Shown here in pieces: positions 20,238 to 29,289 of a stretch of DNA of 64,000 nt. How positions within the stretch are numbered: position 1 is the stretch's first letter; each line of letters begins with the position of its first letter. Location: assembly GCA_045561025.1 (NCBI GenBank), contig JBJKYM010000014.1:2030-66029 (forward strand), written 5' to 3'. The notes below the pieces were generated by a model. It saw only the letters and a program-made list of their open reading frames with translations. It did no database searches and was not told the DNA's origin. A program made the translations under genes and the position numbers. This DNA is from Candidatus Rariloculaceae bacterium. GTDB lineage: Bacteria > Pseudomonadota > Gammaproteobacteria > Steroidobacterales > Rariloculaceae.

Positions 20238-21614
20238 ATGAATATTCTTATTCTGGGCGCGGGTCAGGTAGGTACAACAGCTGCCTATAGTCTAGCGCGC
20301 GAAGAGGCCAACGAGGTCACGATAGTCGACCGTGATCCCGAAGTGCTGCGTGAGCTACAGGACCGCCTTGATGTTCGTACGGTCGTCGGCCACGCCGCAC
20401 ATCCCGAGGTTCTCGAACGAGCCGGGGCGCGAGACGCCGATATGGTGATCGCGTTGACCAACAGCGACGAGATCAACATGGTCGCCTGCGAAGTCGCCAG
20501 CCACATCTTTCACACACCGATGCGCGTCGCCCGAATTCGAGCAGCCGAATATATGGGCCGTGAAGAACTCTACGGACCCGAGGCCGTGGCCGTCGACGTC
20601 ATGATCAGCCCGGAGGAACTCGTCACGGCGCATATCGAGGAGCTGATCCACTTTCCGGGAGCGTTACAGGTGCTGGAGTTCGCTAACGGCAAGGTACGGC
20701 TGGTAGCGGCACTTGCGCACGAGGGTGGCGCGCTGGTTGGTCGACCGCTGCGCGAATTATCCAAACATATTCCCAACGTTGAGTGTCGCGTTGTCGTCAT
20801 CTATCGCAACGGTCAGGGAATCATTCCAGACGGTGATACGGTCGTTGAGGAAGACGATGAAGTGTTCTTTATCGCCGCGCGCAAGGACATTCGCGCCGTA
20901 TTGAGCGAGATGCGCAAGCTCGACGACCCGATTCGCCGCGTTGTTATCGCGGGCGGAGGTAACGTCGGCGTGCGGCTGGCGAAGGCGCTCGAGTCTACGA
21001 ATCAGGTGAAAGTTATCGAGCGCGGCCATGGGCGTGCGCGCGCCGTCTCGGAGAAACTCAACCGTGCCATCGTTCTGCATGGCGACGCAGCGGATGAGGA
21101 GCTGTTGCTCGAGGAGAATATCGACAGCGCCGACGTGTTTGTCTCGGTCACCAATGCCGATGAAGCGAATATTCTTTCCGCGATGCTCGCCAAACGGCTT
21201 GGCGCGAGAAAAGTCATGGCGCTGATCAACAAGCCCGCGTATGCGGAGTTAGTTGAAGCAGGAACGATCGATATCGCGATATCGCCATCGCAGATCACGC
21301 TCGGCACTCTGCTCGCGCACATTCGTCGCGGCGACGTCGTGAAAGTGCACGCGCTCCGTCGTGGAGCCGCTGAAGCGATCGAAGCCGTCGCGCATGGCAC
21401 TGAGGATGACTCTCATGTCGTCGGCAGGGCCATCGAGCAAATAAGATTGCCTCGCGGAGCGACGATCAGTGCGATCGTGCGCGGTAACGAAGTCCTCATG
21501 GCTCATCATGACACGGTCATTCAGGCAGACGACCACGTCATTATCTTCATGGCCGAGCGGCGCCAGATCGATGAAGTGGAACGATTGTTCGAAGTAGGAC
21601 CGAACTTGGTTTAG
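20238..21614 (+). CDS. trkA: Trk potassium uptake protein TrkA (two RCK/NAD-binding repeats)
   Basis: MNILILGAGQVG and a second IAGGGNVG Rossmann motif. About 458 aa. Followed by trkH. Confidence 0.9.
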   Translation: MNILILGAGQVGTTAAYSLAREEANEVTIVDRDPEVLRELQDRLDVRTVVGHAAHPEVLERAGARDADMVIALTNSDEINMVACEVASHIFHTPMRVARIRAAEYMGREELYGPEAVAVDVMISPEELVTAHIEELIHFPGALQVLEFANGKVRLVAALAHEGGALVGRPLRELSKHIPNVECRVVVIYRNGQGIIPDGDTVVEEDDEVFFIAARKDIRAVLSEMRKLDDPIRRVVIAGGGNVGVRLAKALESTNQVKVIERGHGRARAVSEKLNRAIVLHGDAADEELLLEENIDSADVFVSVTNADEANILSAMLAKRLGARKVMALINKPAYAELVEAGTIDIAISPSQITLGTLLAHIRRGDVVKVHALRRGAAEAIEAVAHGTEDDSHVVGRAIEQIRLPRGATISAIVRGNEVLMAHHDTVIQADDHVIIFMAERRQIDEVERLFEVGPNLV

Positions 21615-21656
21615 CCTGATGACCGCTTGCTCGCATAGCCGTGCACAGGAAGGTGG

Positions 21657-23117
21657 GTGATGCCGGTCACGTTCCTGACGATTCAGCGCGTGCTCGGCTT
21701 CCTCGTGATGCTCTTCAGCCTCACGATGCTGACGCCGATTGTCATCTCTCTACTCTTCGGTGACGGCACCTGGACCTCCTTCGCGATTTCGTTCCTGATC
21801 ATTCTGGGATCCGGTGCAGTCATCTGGTTCCCTGTTCGTTCTGAGGAACGTGAGTTGCGCCTGCGAGACGGATTCCTGGTCGTGGCTCTGTTCTGGGTCG
21901 TGCTGGGTCTGTTCGGTGCCGCGCCATTTCTCCTGTCCGCGGATCCGAGCATGCAGTTCACGGATGCGGTATTCGAATCGGTTTCCGGCCTGACAACGAC
22001 CGGTGCGACGGTGCTAACGGGCCTGGACTCGCTGCCGCCGGCCATCCTGTTCTATCGGCAGCAGCTTCAGTGGCTCGGCGGACTCGGGATCATCGTTCTT
22101 GCGGTCGCCGTATTACCGATGCTTGGTGTCGGCGGCATGCAGCTGTACCGCGCGGAGACACCGGGTCCGGTCAAGGACACACGACTGACACCGCGAATAA
22201 CCGAGACGGCTAAAGCGCTGTGGTACGTCTATCTTGGTATTACGCTGGTTTGCGGACTCGCATACTGGGCCGCCGGGATGAATGTTTTCGATGCGCTATG
22301 CCACGCGTTCAGTACGGTAGCTATCGGGGGGTTCTCGACTCACGATGCGAGCATCGCCTATTTCAACAGCCCGGCGATAGAAATGATCGCTGTGCTATTC
22401 ATGTTTATTGCCGGCGTGAACTTCTCGCTGCATTTTCTCGCCTGGCGTAATCGTCGGCTGACCAGCTATCTGGTCGATCCCGAGTTTCGCGCCTATGTGA
22501 AGCTGCTGGGCGGATTGACACTGATAGTACTCATCTATCTCTTTCTTACCGGTCACTACGCGACCCTGGGAGAGACGTTCACGAAGGGTTTGTTTCAGGT
22601 TGTTTCGATCGGTACAACGACCGGATTCATGACGGACGACTTCGTCGGCTGGCCCGGCGCTCTGCCGGTACTATTGATACTGTCGAGCTTCATCGGCGGT
22701 TGCGCAGGATCAACAGCCGGCGGAATGAAAGTTATTCGCTGGTTGCTGATGTACAAACAGGGCTGGCGTGAGGTGCAGCGCCTCGTACACCCGAGCGCTG
22801 CGATAACGGTAAAACTCGGAGATAAGGCGGTTCACAATCGAGTCGTTGATTCCGTTTGGGGGTTCTTCGCGGTCTACGTTGTCGTATTCGGAATTCTTAT
22901 GCTCGTGTTGCTTGCCAGCGGTGCCGATCAGGTGACGGCTTTTTCGTCGATAGCAGCCACACTGAATAATCTCGGTCCCGGCCTGGGTGAAGTTGCGGCG
23001 GGCTACGGGAATCTCGACGCGGTAAGCAAGTGGTCGCTCGTTTGTGCGATGCTTCTCGGCCGATTAGAGATCTTCACCCTGCTCGTATTGATTACACCCA
23101 CGTTCTGGAGACGCTAG
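21657..23117 (+). CDS. trkH: Trk potassium uptake protein TrkH
   Basis: 486-aa polytopic membrane protein with selectivity-filter-like TTTG/TGAT, GGFS, TTGF and NNLGPGLG motifs. GTG 21657 or ATG 21660. Confidence 0.9.
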   Translation: MMPVTFLTIQRVLGFLVMLFSLTMLTPIVISLLFGDGTWTSFAISFLIILGSGAVIWFPVRSEERELRLRDGFLVVALFWVVLGLFGAAPFLLSADPSMQFTDAVFESVSGLTTTGATVLTGLDSLPPAILFYRQQLQWLGGLGIIVLAVAVLPMLGVGGMQLYRAETPGPVKDTRLTPRITETAKALWYVYLGITLVCGLAYWAAGMNVFDALCHAFSTVAIGGFSTHDASIAYFNSPAIEMIAVLFMFIAGVNFSLHFLAWRNRRLTSYLVDPEFRAYVKLLGGLTLIVLIYLFLTGHYATLGETFTKGLFQVVSIGTTTGFMTDDFVGWPGALPVLLILSSFIGGCAGSTAGGMKVIRWLLMYKQGWREVQRLVHPSAAITVKLGDKAVHNRVVDSVWGFFAVYVVVFGILMLVLLASGADQVTAFSSIAATLNNLGPGLGEVAAGYGNLDAVSKWSLVCAMLLGRLEIFTLLVLITPTFWRR

Positions 23118-23119
23118 TC

Positions 23120-23437
23120 ATGAGCACGGCGGACAATCTCGAGGGAATGCTCGAGCATGGCAACGACAATGCGCTGCTGCGCTTTGCGCTGGGTACCGAG
23201 TACCTGAAGACCGGGGAGCTGGATAAGGCCGTTCAGCATCTGAGCGTTGCCGTGACTATAGACCCGGATTACTCTGCGGCGTGGAAAATGCTGGGGAAGG
23301 CACAGGCTGCTGCCGGTCTGACGGCGGCTGCCGCCGAAGCGTATCGCAGGGGAATCGAGGTCGCTGACCGATGTGGAGACCGTCAATCTGCGAAGGAGAT
23401 GGAGGTGTTCCTGAGACGTCTGGAGAAGGACGGCTAA
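23120..23437 (+). CDS. Small tetratricopeptide-repeat protein
   Basis: 105 aa. LRFALGTEYLKTGELDKAVQHL...DPDYSAAWKMLGKAQ...AAEAYRRGIEVA fits the TPR pattern. Starts 2 nt after the trkH stop. Confidence 0.6.
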   Translation: MSTADNLEGMLEHGNDNALLRFALGTEYLKTGELDKAVQHLSVAVTIDPDYSAAWKMLGKAQAAAGLTAAAAEAYRRGIEVADRCGDRQSAKEMEVFLRRLEKDG

Positions 23438-23465
23438 TCGTCGGGTCGCGCATGCAAGAGAGACT

Positions 23466-24014
23466 ATGTACGGATTAAAACGATATCTGGATGGCTTCAG
23501 TGAGTTCGCCGGAGCGGCGGTCGCCTGGCTGACGCTGTTCATGGTGTTGATCACGTTCGTCGTCGTCGTACTGCGTTACGCCTTCGACCTCGGCTGGATC
23601 GCCATGCAGGAGAGCGTCACCTGGATGCACGCGGCGGTCTTTATGCTCGGCGCATCCTATACATTGAAGTGGGACGAGCACGTTCGTGTCGATATTCTTT
23701 ACCGCGGAATGACTCCGCGGAATAAGGCACTCGTCGACTTGCTCGGCACGCTGATCTTTCTTTTCCCCGTAGCGATTTTTCTGGTCGTGGCCAGTTGGGA
23801 CTACGTCTACACATCCTGGGTTATTCGTGAGGCCTCGCGGGAAGCGGGCGGTCTGCCGTATCCGTTCGTACCGATCCTCAAGAGCCTGATTCCGTTAACG
23901 GCGGGGATGCTGATCGTTCAGGGTCTGGCGAACGTCATCGCAGCGGTCTTGATGCTCTCTGGCAAAATGCCGGGCGCCCCGGATAAGAAAGTGTCGGTCG
24001 GCGAGGTGCTCTAG
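23466..24014 (+). CDS. TRAP transporter small permease (DctQ-like)
   Basis: 182 aa, 4 TM segments, immediately followed by the large permease. Typical DctQ size and topology. Confidence 0.8.
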   Translation: MYGLKRYLDGFSEFAGAAVAWLTLFMVLITFVVVVLRYAFDLGWIAMQESVTWMHAAVFMLGASYTLKWDEHVRVDILYRGMTPRNKALVDLLGTLIFLFPVAIFLVVASWDYVYTSWVIREASREAGGLPYPFVPILKSLIPLTAGMLIVQGLANVIAAVLMLSGKMPGAPDKKVSVGEVL

Positions 24015-24015
24015 C

Positions 24016-25392
24016 ATGGAGTGGGTCGCCCTTCTGATGTTCGTCGCCGCAGTGCTCGTGCTGCTCGCGGGCTATCCGGTCGCTTTCTCGCTTGGTGGAA
24101 TCGCATTGATCTTTGCCTATGTCGGATCGACGCTGGAAATTTTCGACCCGGCGTTTCTCGGCACGATGCCAAACCGCGTATTCGGCATCATGAGTAATCA
24201 AACTCTGATGGCAGTGCCACTGTTCGTGTTCATGGGGATCACGCTCGAGAGAGCGAGAATTGCGGATTCACTGTTGGAAAATCTGAGTTCGCTCTTTGGT
24301 AACTTACGCGGCGGGCTGGGAATATCCGTTACCGTCGTTGGCATGTTGCTGGCAGCGAGTACAGGCATAGTCGGCGCAACAGTCGTCACGATGGGTCTGT
24401 TGTCCCTGCCGACGATGCTGCGTCGTGGCTATAGTCCGGCCGTCGCCACGGGGACGATCTGTGCTTCGGGAACGCTGGGCCAGATTATTCCGCCTTCGAT
24501 AATTCTGGTACTGCTGGGTGACGTTCTCTCCTCAGCCTACAGCCAGTCACAGCTCATGCAGGGAATTTTCTCGCCCGATACGGTCTCGGTGGGGGACTTG
24601 TTTGTCGGCGCGTTGATACCGGGTCTCGGACTGGTGGCGCTCTATGTCATCTATCTGGTCGTGCTGGCGATCGTGAAGCCCGAGACGATGCCGCCGAACC
24701 CGCCAGTCGCCGATGAGGATCGCATCAGCCTTTTCGCCGTTTTAATGGCCTTATTGCCACCGTTGACTCTGATACTGGCCGTGCTCGGATCGATCATGGG
24801 GGGTTTCGCGACGCCGACTGAAGCCGCCGGTGTAGGCGCTGTCGGTGCGCTATTGCTCGCCCTGACGAAGCGCGCGTTCTCCGTAGAGAGACTAACTGAG
24901 GTCATGCGCAGCACGGTTCGTGTCAGCAGCATGGTCTTCCTGATTCTGATAGGCGCGTCGTTATTCTCGCTTGTTTTCAGGGGCTTCGGCGGTGACAGGC
25001 TCGTGCAGGACCTGCTGCTAAGCCTGCCGGGTGGCGTTGTGGGAGCGATGTTCACCGTCATGCTGCTGATGTTCCTGCTGGGTTTCGTGCTGGACTTTAT
25101 CGAGATCACCTTTGTCGTCGTGCCGATCGTGGGGCCGATACTGCTCGCGATGGGCGTAGATCCTGTGTGGCTCGGCATCATGATTGCGATCAATCTGCAG
25201 ACATCGTTCCTGACGCCGCCGTTCGGATTCGCCTTGTTCTATTTGCGCGGGGTTGCGCCGGCCAGCGTTGAGACCAGCGATATTTATCGCGGGGTCCTGC
25301 CGTTCGTGGCTATTCAGCTACTCGCGCTCGTTCTGCTCGCGCTCTACCCGGCGCTGGCTACCTGGTTGCCATCAGTAGTCTACGGTTCGTAA
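24016..25392 (+). CDS. TRAP transporter large permease (DctM-like)
   Basis: 458 aa polytopic. GLGISVTVVGMLLAASTG, GTLGQIIPPS and PPFGFALFYL are DctM-family patterns. Confidence 0.9.
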   Translation: MEWVALLMFVAAVLVLLAGYPVAFSLGGIALIFAYVGSTLEIFDPAFLGTMPNRVFGIMSNQTLMAVPLFVFMGITLERARIADSLLENLSSLFGNLRGGLGISVTVVGMLLAASTGIVGATVVTMGLLSLPTMLRRGYSPAVATGTICASGTLGQIIPPSIILVLLGDVLSSAYSQSQLMQGIFSPDTVSVGDLFVGALIPGLGLVALYVIYLVVLAIVKPETMPPNPPVADEDRISLFAVLMALLPPLTLILAVLGSIMGGFATPTEAAGVGAVGALLLALTKRAFSVERLTEVMRSTVRVSSMVFLILIGASLFSLVFRGFGGDRLVQDLLLSLPGGVVGAMFTVMLLMFLLGFVLDFIEITFVVVPIVGPILLAMGVDPVWLGIMIAINLQTSFLTPPFGFALFYLRGVAPASVETSDIYRGVLPFVAIQLLALVLLALYPALATWLPSVVYGS

Positions 25393-25452
25393 GAACGAAG
25401 ATAGGGTCTCAACGATCTCGATGTTCTCAGAGCGTGGTGTGACGGCGTCAGA

Positions 25453-27225
25453 CTAGAGCGGCCAGGCCCACAGAATCGCGGGAACGCCGACCGCAATAAT
25501 AATGATCTCCAGCGGCAGGCCCATTCGCCAGTAGTCGCGAAAATGATAGCCGCCGGGACCGAGAATCAATGTGTTGTTCTTGTGTCCGATCGGTGTCAGA
25601 AATGCGCAGGACGCCGCTACCGCAACGCACATCAGAAACGGGTCCGGGCTTACCCCCAGACTGTTAGCCAGGTTCAACGCAATCGGCGCGGCGATCACAG
25701 CGGTTGCAGTATTGTTGATGACGTCGGACAGCGTCATCGTGACGATCATCAGCACCGTCAGGATCACCACGGGCGACGACCCGGCGAACAGATCGATGAT
25801 CGTCGACGCGATCAGCATCGTCCCACAGCTTGCTTCAAGCGCAACGCCAATCGGGATCATCGAGCCGAGCAGTACGATGATCGGCCACTCGACAGACTCG
25901 TATAGCTGGCGCAGCGGTACGACGCCTGTTGCGACCAGAAGAGCGACGGCGGCGGCGAGCGACACCGGAAGGTAGACGATCCCGAAGGCAGCCAGGATTA
26001 CGGCCGTTGCGAAGATACCGATCGAGAGCAGCGCCTTGTTGCGTTGGACGATCTCCAGCCCGCGTTCAGCCAGCGGAAGGCACCCAAGAAAATTCGTGAT
26101 CTCAGGCAGTCTGTCGCTCGGACCTAGCAGTAACAGAACGTCGCCCGCCTTAATCTGTAACTTCCGAACCTGCTCGCGAAACGGTCGACCCTGTCGCGAG
26201 ACGCCAAGCAGTGTCACGTCGTGGCGGTTTAACAGCTGCAGCGACGTTGCGGATCGACCCTGTATTCGTGCGCCGTCCGGAACGACAACTTCTGTCAGGA
26301 CGAGATCGCTGTCGTCCAGCTCCGAATCTTCCCGTCTGACGTACTCGAGGCCGAGCTCGCCGGAGAGACGATCAATAGCTCCTGACTCAACCTCGATGAT
26401 CAGTACGTCCTCGGCTCTGACTACCTCCCTTCGAGCGGCTCCGGGGAGAAGCCGCCCGCGTCGCGCCATGCCGATGATGCTCGCTTCCTCCTCTTCCAGG
26501 AGGGAACCCAGTTCGGCGACTCGCTGGCCGATGATTGTCGCCTCCGCCGGAACGCGAAGTTCGGCTACGTAGCGGCCGATATCGTGTGACTCAAGCTGTC
26601 CGCCCGATCGAGTTCGCTCACCCGGTATCAGACGCCAGCCGATCGTAGCTATGAACAGCACGCCGATTCCAGCACAGATCAGGCCGACAGGTGCGAAGTC
26701 AAACATCGAGAACGGCTCACCCAGAACATCATTTCTGAATTCGGCGACGATGATGTTCGGTGGCGTACCGATAAGTGTAATCATGCCGCCAAGAATCGAT
26801 GCGAAAGAAAGTGGCATCAGCGTCTTGGCGGGGCTGCGTTTCGCCTTCGTCGCCGCCTCAAGATCGACGGGCATCAGGACTGCGAGTGCGGCGACATTGT
26901 TTATGATCGCCGACAGACTTGCGGCTACCGCCGCCATCAGTCCGATGTGCGACGCGGCACTCCGCGATGCCGAGACGACATGCCGTCCGATAAGCTCTAT
27001 AACCCCCGAATTCGTAAGCGCTCGGCTGACGATAAGGACCAGAGCCACGATTACCGTCGCCGGATGGCCGAATCCCGAGAATGCGTCGCCGGCAGGGACT
27101 ACGTCGGTGATCACGGCGACGATCAGCGCGCCGAAAGCAACGAGGTCGTAGCGCCAGCGTCCCCAGATCAGCAGCACGAAGATCGCGGCCAGCAGCGTGA
27201 ACAGAATTATCTGGTCGAAAGTCAT
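25453..27225 (-). CDS. SLC13/DASS-family permease with two central TrkA-C (RCK_C) domains
   Basis: 590 aa. N- and C-terminal transmembrane halves flank two soluble repeats (VAELRVP...IIGQRVAEL; LTEVVVP...IQGRSATSL). Confidence 0.85.
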   Translation of the reverse strand: MTFDQIILFTLLAAIFVLLIWGRWRYDLVAFGALIVAVITDVVPAGDAFSGFGHPATVIVALVLIVSRALTNSGVIELIGRHVVSASRSAASHIGLMAAVAASLSAIINNVAALAVLMPVDLEAATKAKRSPAKTLMPLSFASILGGMITLIGTPPNIIVAEFRNDVLGEPFSMFDFAPVGLICAGIGVLFIATIGWRLIPGERTRSGGQLESHDIGRYVAELRVPAEATIIGQRVAELGSLLEEEEASIIGMARRGRLLPGAARREVVRAEDVLIIEVESGAIDRLSGELGLEYVRREDSELDDSDLVLTEVVVPDGARIQGRSATSLQLLNRHDVTLLGVSRQGRPFREQVRKLQIKAGDVLLLLGPSDRLPEITNFLGCLPLAERGLEIVQRNKALLSIGIFATAVILAAFGIVYLPVSLAAAVALLVATGVVPLRQLYESVEWPIIVLLGSMIPIGVALEASCGTMLIASTIIDLFAGSSPVVILTVLMIVTMTLSDVINNTATAVIAAPIALNLANSLGVSPDPFLMCVAVAASCAFLTPIGHKNNTLILGPGGYHFRDYWRMGLPLEIIIIAVGVPAILWAWPL

Positions 27226-27439
27226 GTTTATGGCACCTCGTTCCCGACAGGACTATAACGGTGTAGCGAAGCGCAGATAAAGCCGCGTTGGCCTGCGCTC
27301 GCTATTTTCGGCCGGGCTATTCGGACGAGTAGCGAACAGATTCGCATGTACGACGGTAAATCCATCGCGCCGGCGTTCACAGGCTCTACACAGTTTTGTG
27401 TTGGGATCTATATAAATCTATAACTTACGAGATTCGACA

Positions 27440-28162
27440 ATGACTGGAAGACGCTTCGGACTGGCGTTCATTGCCGCTGGTTTAATGATCGGCAATCTGG
27501 CCACCGCGCAGATGTAGGCGCACGATTCGGACGAAGGTGTTCCGGGTGAGGAGCTCTATCTGGCTTGCGGATTCTGTCAAGGTGCGCAGGGCCAGGGGAG
27601 ACAGCGCCTTGATGCTCCCGCGCTCGCCGGCATGGAGGCCTGGCACATCGAGCGGCAGCTTCAGAACTTCGAGACCGGGATCCGCGGTATGCACGCCGAG
27701 GATTTATCCGGCAGGCAGATGGCGCTGATCACGGGCATGCTGGGCAACGATGCGACGATAAGGAATGTCGCAGCTTATATAGAGACGCTGGCACCCGGGG
27801 GGCCGCTTGAGGCTCGCCCGAACGGCGTACTCTTTCCTCTTGAACGGCCGTTTGAATGGGAGTCGCAATACGCGGAACTCGACGCTGCCGAGCCCGGAGA
27901 CCCGGCAGCGGGTCAGTCGACTTTTGCTGTCACCTGCGCGTTATGTCATGGGGCGAACGCTCAGGGCAACGAAGTGCTAGGCGGAAACAAACTGACAGAT
28001 CTTCCGGCGTACTACATTTCGCGCCAGCTGCAGTATTTTCGCGACGGGATTCGCGGAGCGGAGCAAGGTGATGTACTCGGGGCGCAGATGGCGGCCATGG
28101 CACGGATTCTGACCGACGATCAATCGATTGCGGATATTTTTGCTTACATCGATACGCTCTAG
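27440..28162 (+). pseudogene. Dihaem class I cytochrome c, disrupted (in-frame TAG after signal peptide; first haem motif CxxCQ)
   Basis: ATG 27440 encodes the signal-like MTGRRFGLAFIAAGLMIGNLATAQM, then TAG at 27515-27517. The same frame continues as ...EELYLACGFCQGAQG... (CAA at 27578-27580 where His is expected) and a second intact domain (CALCHG ... IFAYIDTL). Both domains are paralogous to the C-terminal cytochrome c domains of CoxB (37435..38787). Confidence 0.7.
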
Positions 28163-28276
28163 CTGTTAACTGAGCCGAAACCCAACGGACATTCAAATAA
28201 AACCAAATCTCTATTTCTCTGTCTGGTTGCATCCATAGCAATCCTGCCTCCGCTCGCAGCGCAGACACTGACCGAG

Positions 28277-28774
28277 GTGAAGCTTATATCGCCTCTGGAG
28301 GAAACTCGGGGCTGGTGCGTCGACTTGTTCGCTCATCTGACGGGCGGATTGCCGATCGGTGGGTTTCAGGGCCATAACTGTTTCTCGTATATGGGTAACG
28401 TTGTTACCGAAGATCAGGGTTTCGACTACGAGCAGATCGAGAACGAAGGCGAGATCAGGATCGTGTACTTTGATCGCTGCATGACATTGCACGAGCCGAA
28501 TGCCGGGTCGTTCGTCGCCGCGGAACCGTGCGACAGCGGCGCCGCGCAGCAGTTCAATATCGACTCCGACGGGCAGATCGTTCCCGAGAGCGCGCCCGAG
28601 CTGTGTCTGACAATGGGTGACGATTCTGTGCCTGGTGGCGGCGGAGATCCGATCCGCCTTATCCGCAAGCTCTCGTTTGAGACCTGCGAGCCGGCTATCG
28701 CCGAACGCCAGCGCTGGGAATTTCGAAAGACCTATGAGGGGCCCGAGACGCCGGTTTACGAGCGGCCTTATTGA
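28277..28774 (+). CDS. Hypothetical exported protein, possible ricin-B-like (beta-trefoil) lectin domain
   Basis: Three spaced Cys-containing pseudo-repeats (GWCVDL; RCMTL...C...AQQF; LCLTMG...C...QRWEF). The in-frame upstream extension from 28163 encodes a signal-peptide-like HSNKTKSLFLCLVASIAILPPLAAQ but has no ATG/GTG/TTG. Confidence 0.45.
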   Translation: MKLISPLEETRGWCVDLFAHLTGGLPIGGFQGHNCFSYMGNVVTEDQGFDYEQIENEGEIRIVYFDRCMTLHEPNAGSFVAAEPCDSGAAQQFNIDSDGQIVPESAPELCLTMGDDSVPGGGGDPIRLIRKLSFETCEPAIAERQRWEFRKTYEGPETPVYERPY

Positions 28775-28780
28775 CGCGAG

Positions 28781-29263
28781 TTACAACAATAGCTCCCAGT
28801 AACCGACGTCTATCCACTGATTGAACTTGAAGCCTATCTCGCGCAGGTGGGCGACGTTCTCGAAGCCTAACCTCTCGTGTAGCGCGATGCTCGCGTCATT
28901 CGGTAATGCGATTCGGCCAATAGCGCAATGCCGGCCACGAGCGCGGAGATCGCCGAGCAGTGCCGTGTAGAGGCGCATTCCGAATCCATTGCCGACGCGC
29001 GCCCTGTCCAGATAAACGGAAGTCTCAACCGAGTGGCGGTACGAGGCGCGCCTTTCAAACTGACCGGCGTAGGCGTAACCAACGATCGAGCCTTCTTCCT
29101 CCGCGACGAACCAGGGGTTGGAGGTTATTACCGTTGTCAGCCGAGTTTGCATCTCGGCGACCGTTACGGGTTCCTCCTCGAACGTGGCGATCGTGTTCGC
29201 TACATAGTAGTTGTATAGCGACGCGATCCGCTCGACGTCATCTGTGTTTGCTGGCCTGATCAT
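28781..29263 (-). CDS. GNAT N-acetyltransferase (phosphinothricin/methionine-sulfoximine acetyltransferase-like)
   Basis: 160 aa. MIRPANxxD...IxxIYNYYVxNTxATFEEEP...GYAYAG.F..R.AY...E.SVYL...G.G.G..L. This is the PAT-subfamily pattern. Confidence 0.85.
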   Translation of the reverse strand: MIRPANTDDVERIASLYNYYVANTIATFEEEPVTVAEMQTRLTTVITSNPWFVAEEEGSIVGYAYAGQFERRASYRHSVETSVYLDRARVGNGFGMRLYTALLGDLRARGRHCAIGRIALPNDASIALHERLGFENVAHLREIGFKFNQWIDVGYWELLL

Positions 29264-29289
29264 CTCGCCGCGTGCTTGCCGTCGCGCGG

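Noticed and set aside
27515-27517. In-frame TAG in the cytochrome c gene as a recoding signal (pyrrolysine or programmed read-through).
   Set aside because: There are no pyl genes and no recoding structure in the window. The same gene also has a damaged haem motif, so decay or base-call error is far more likely.
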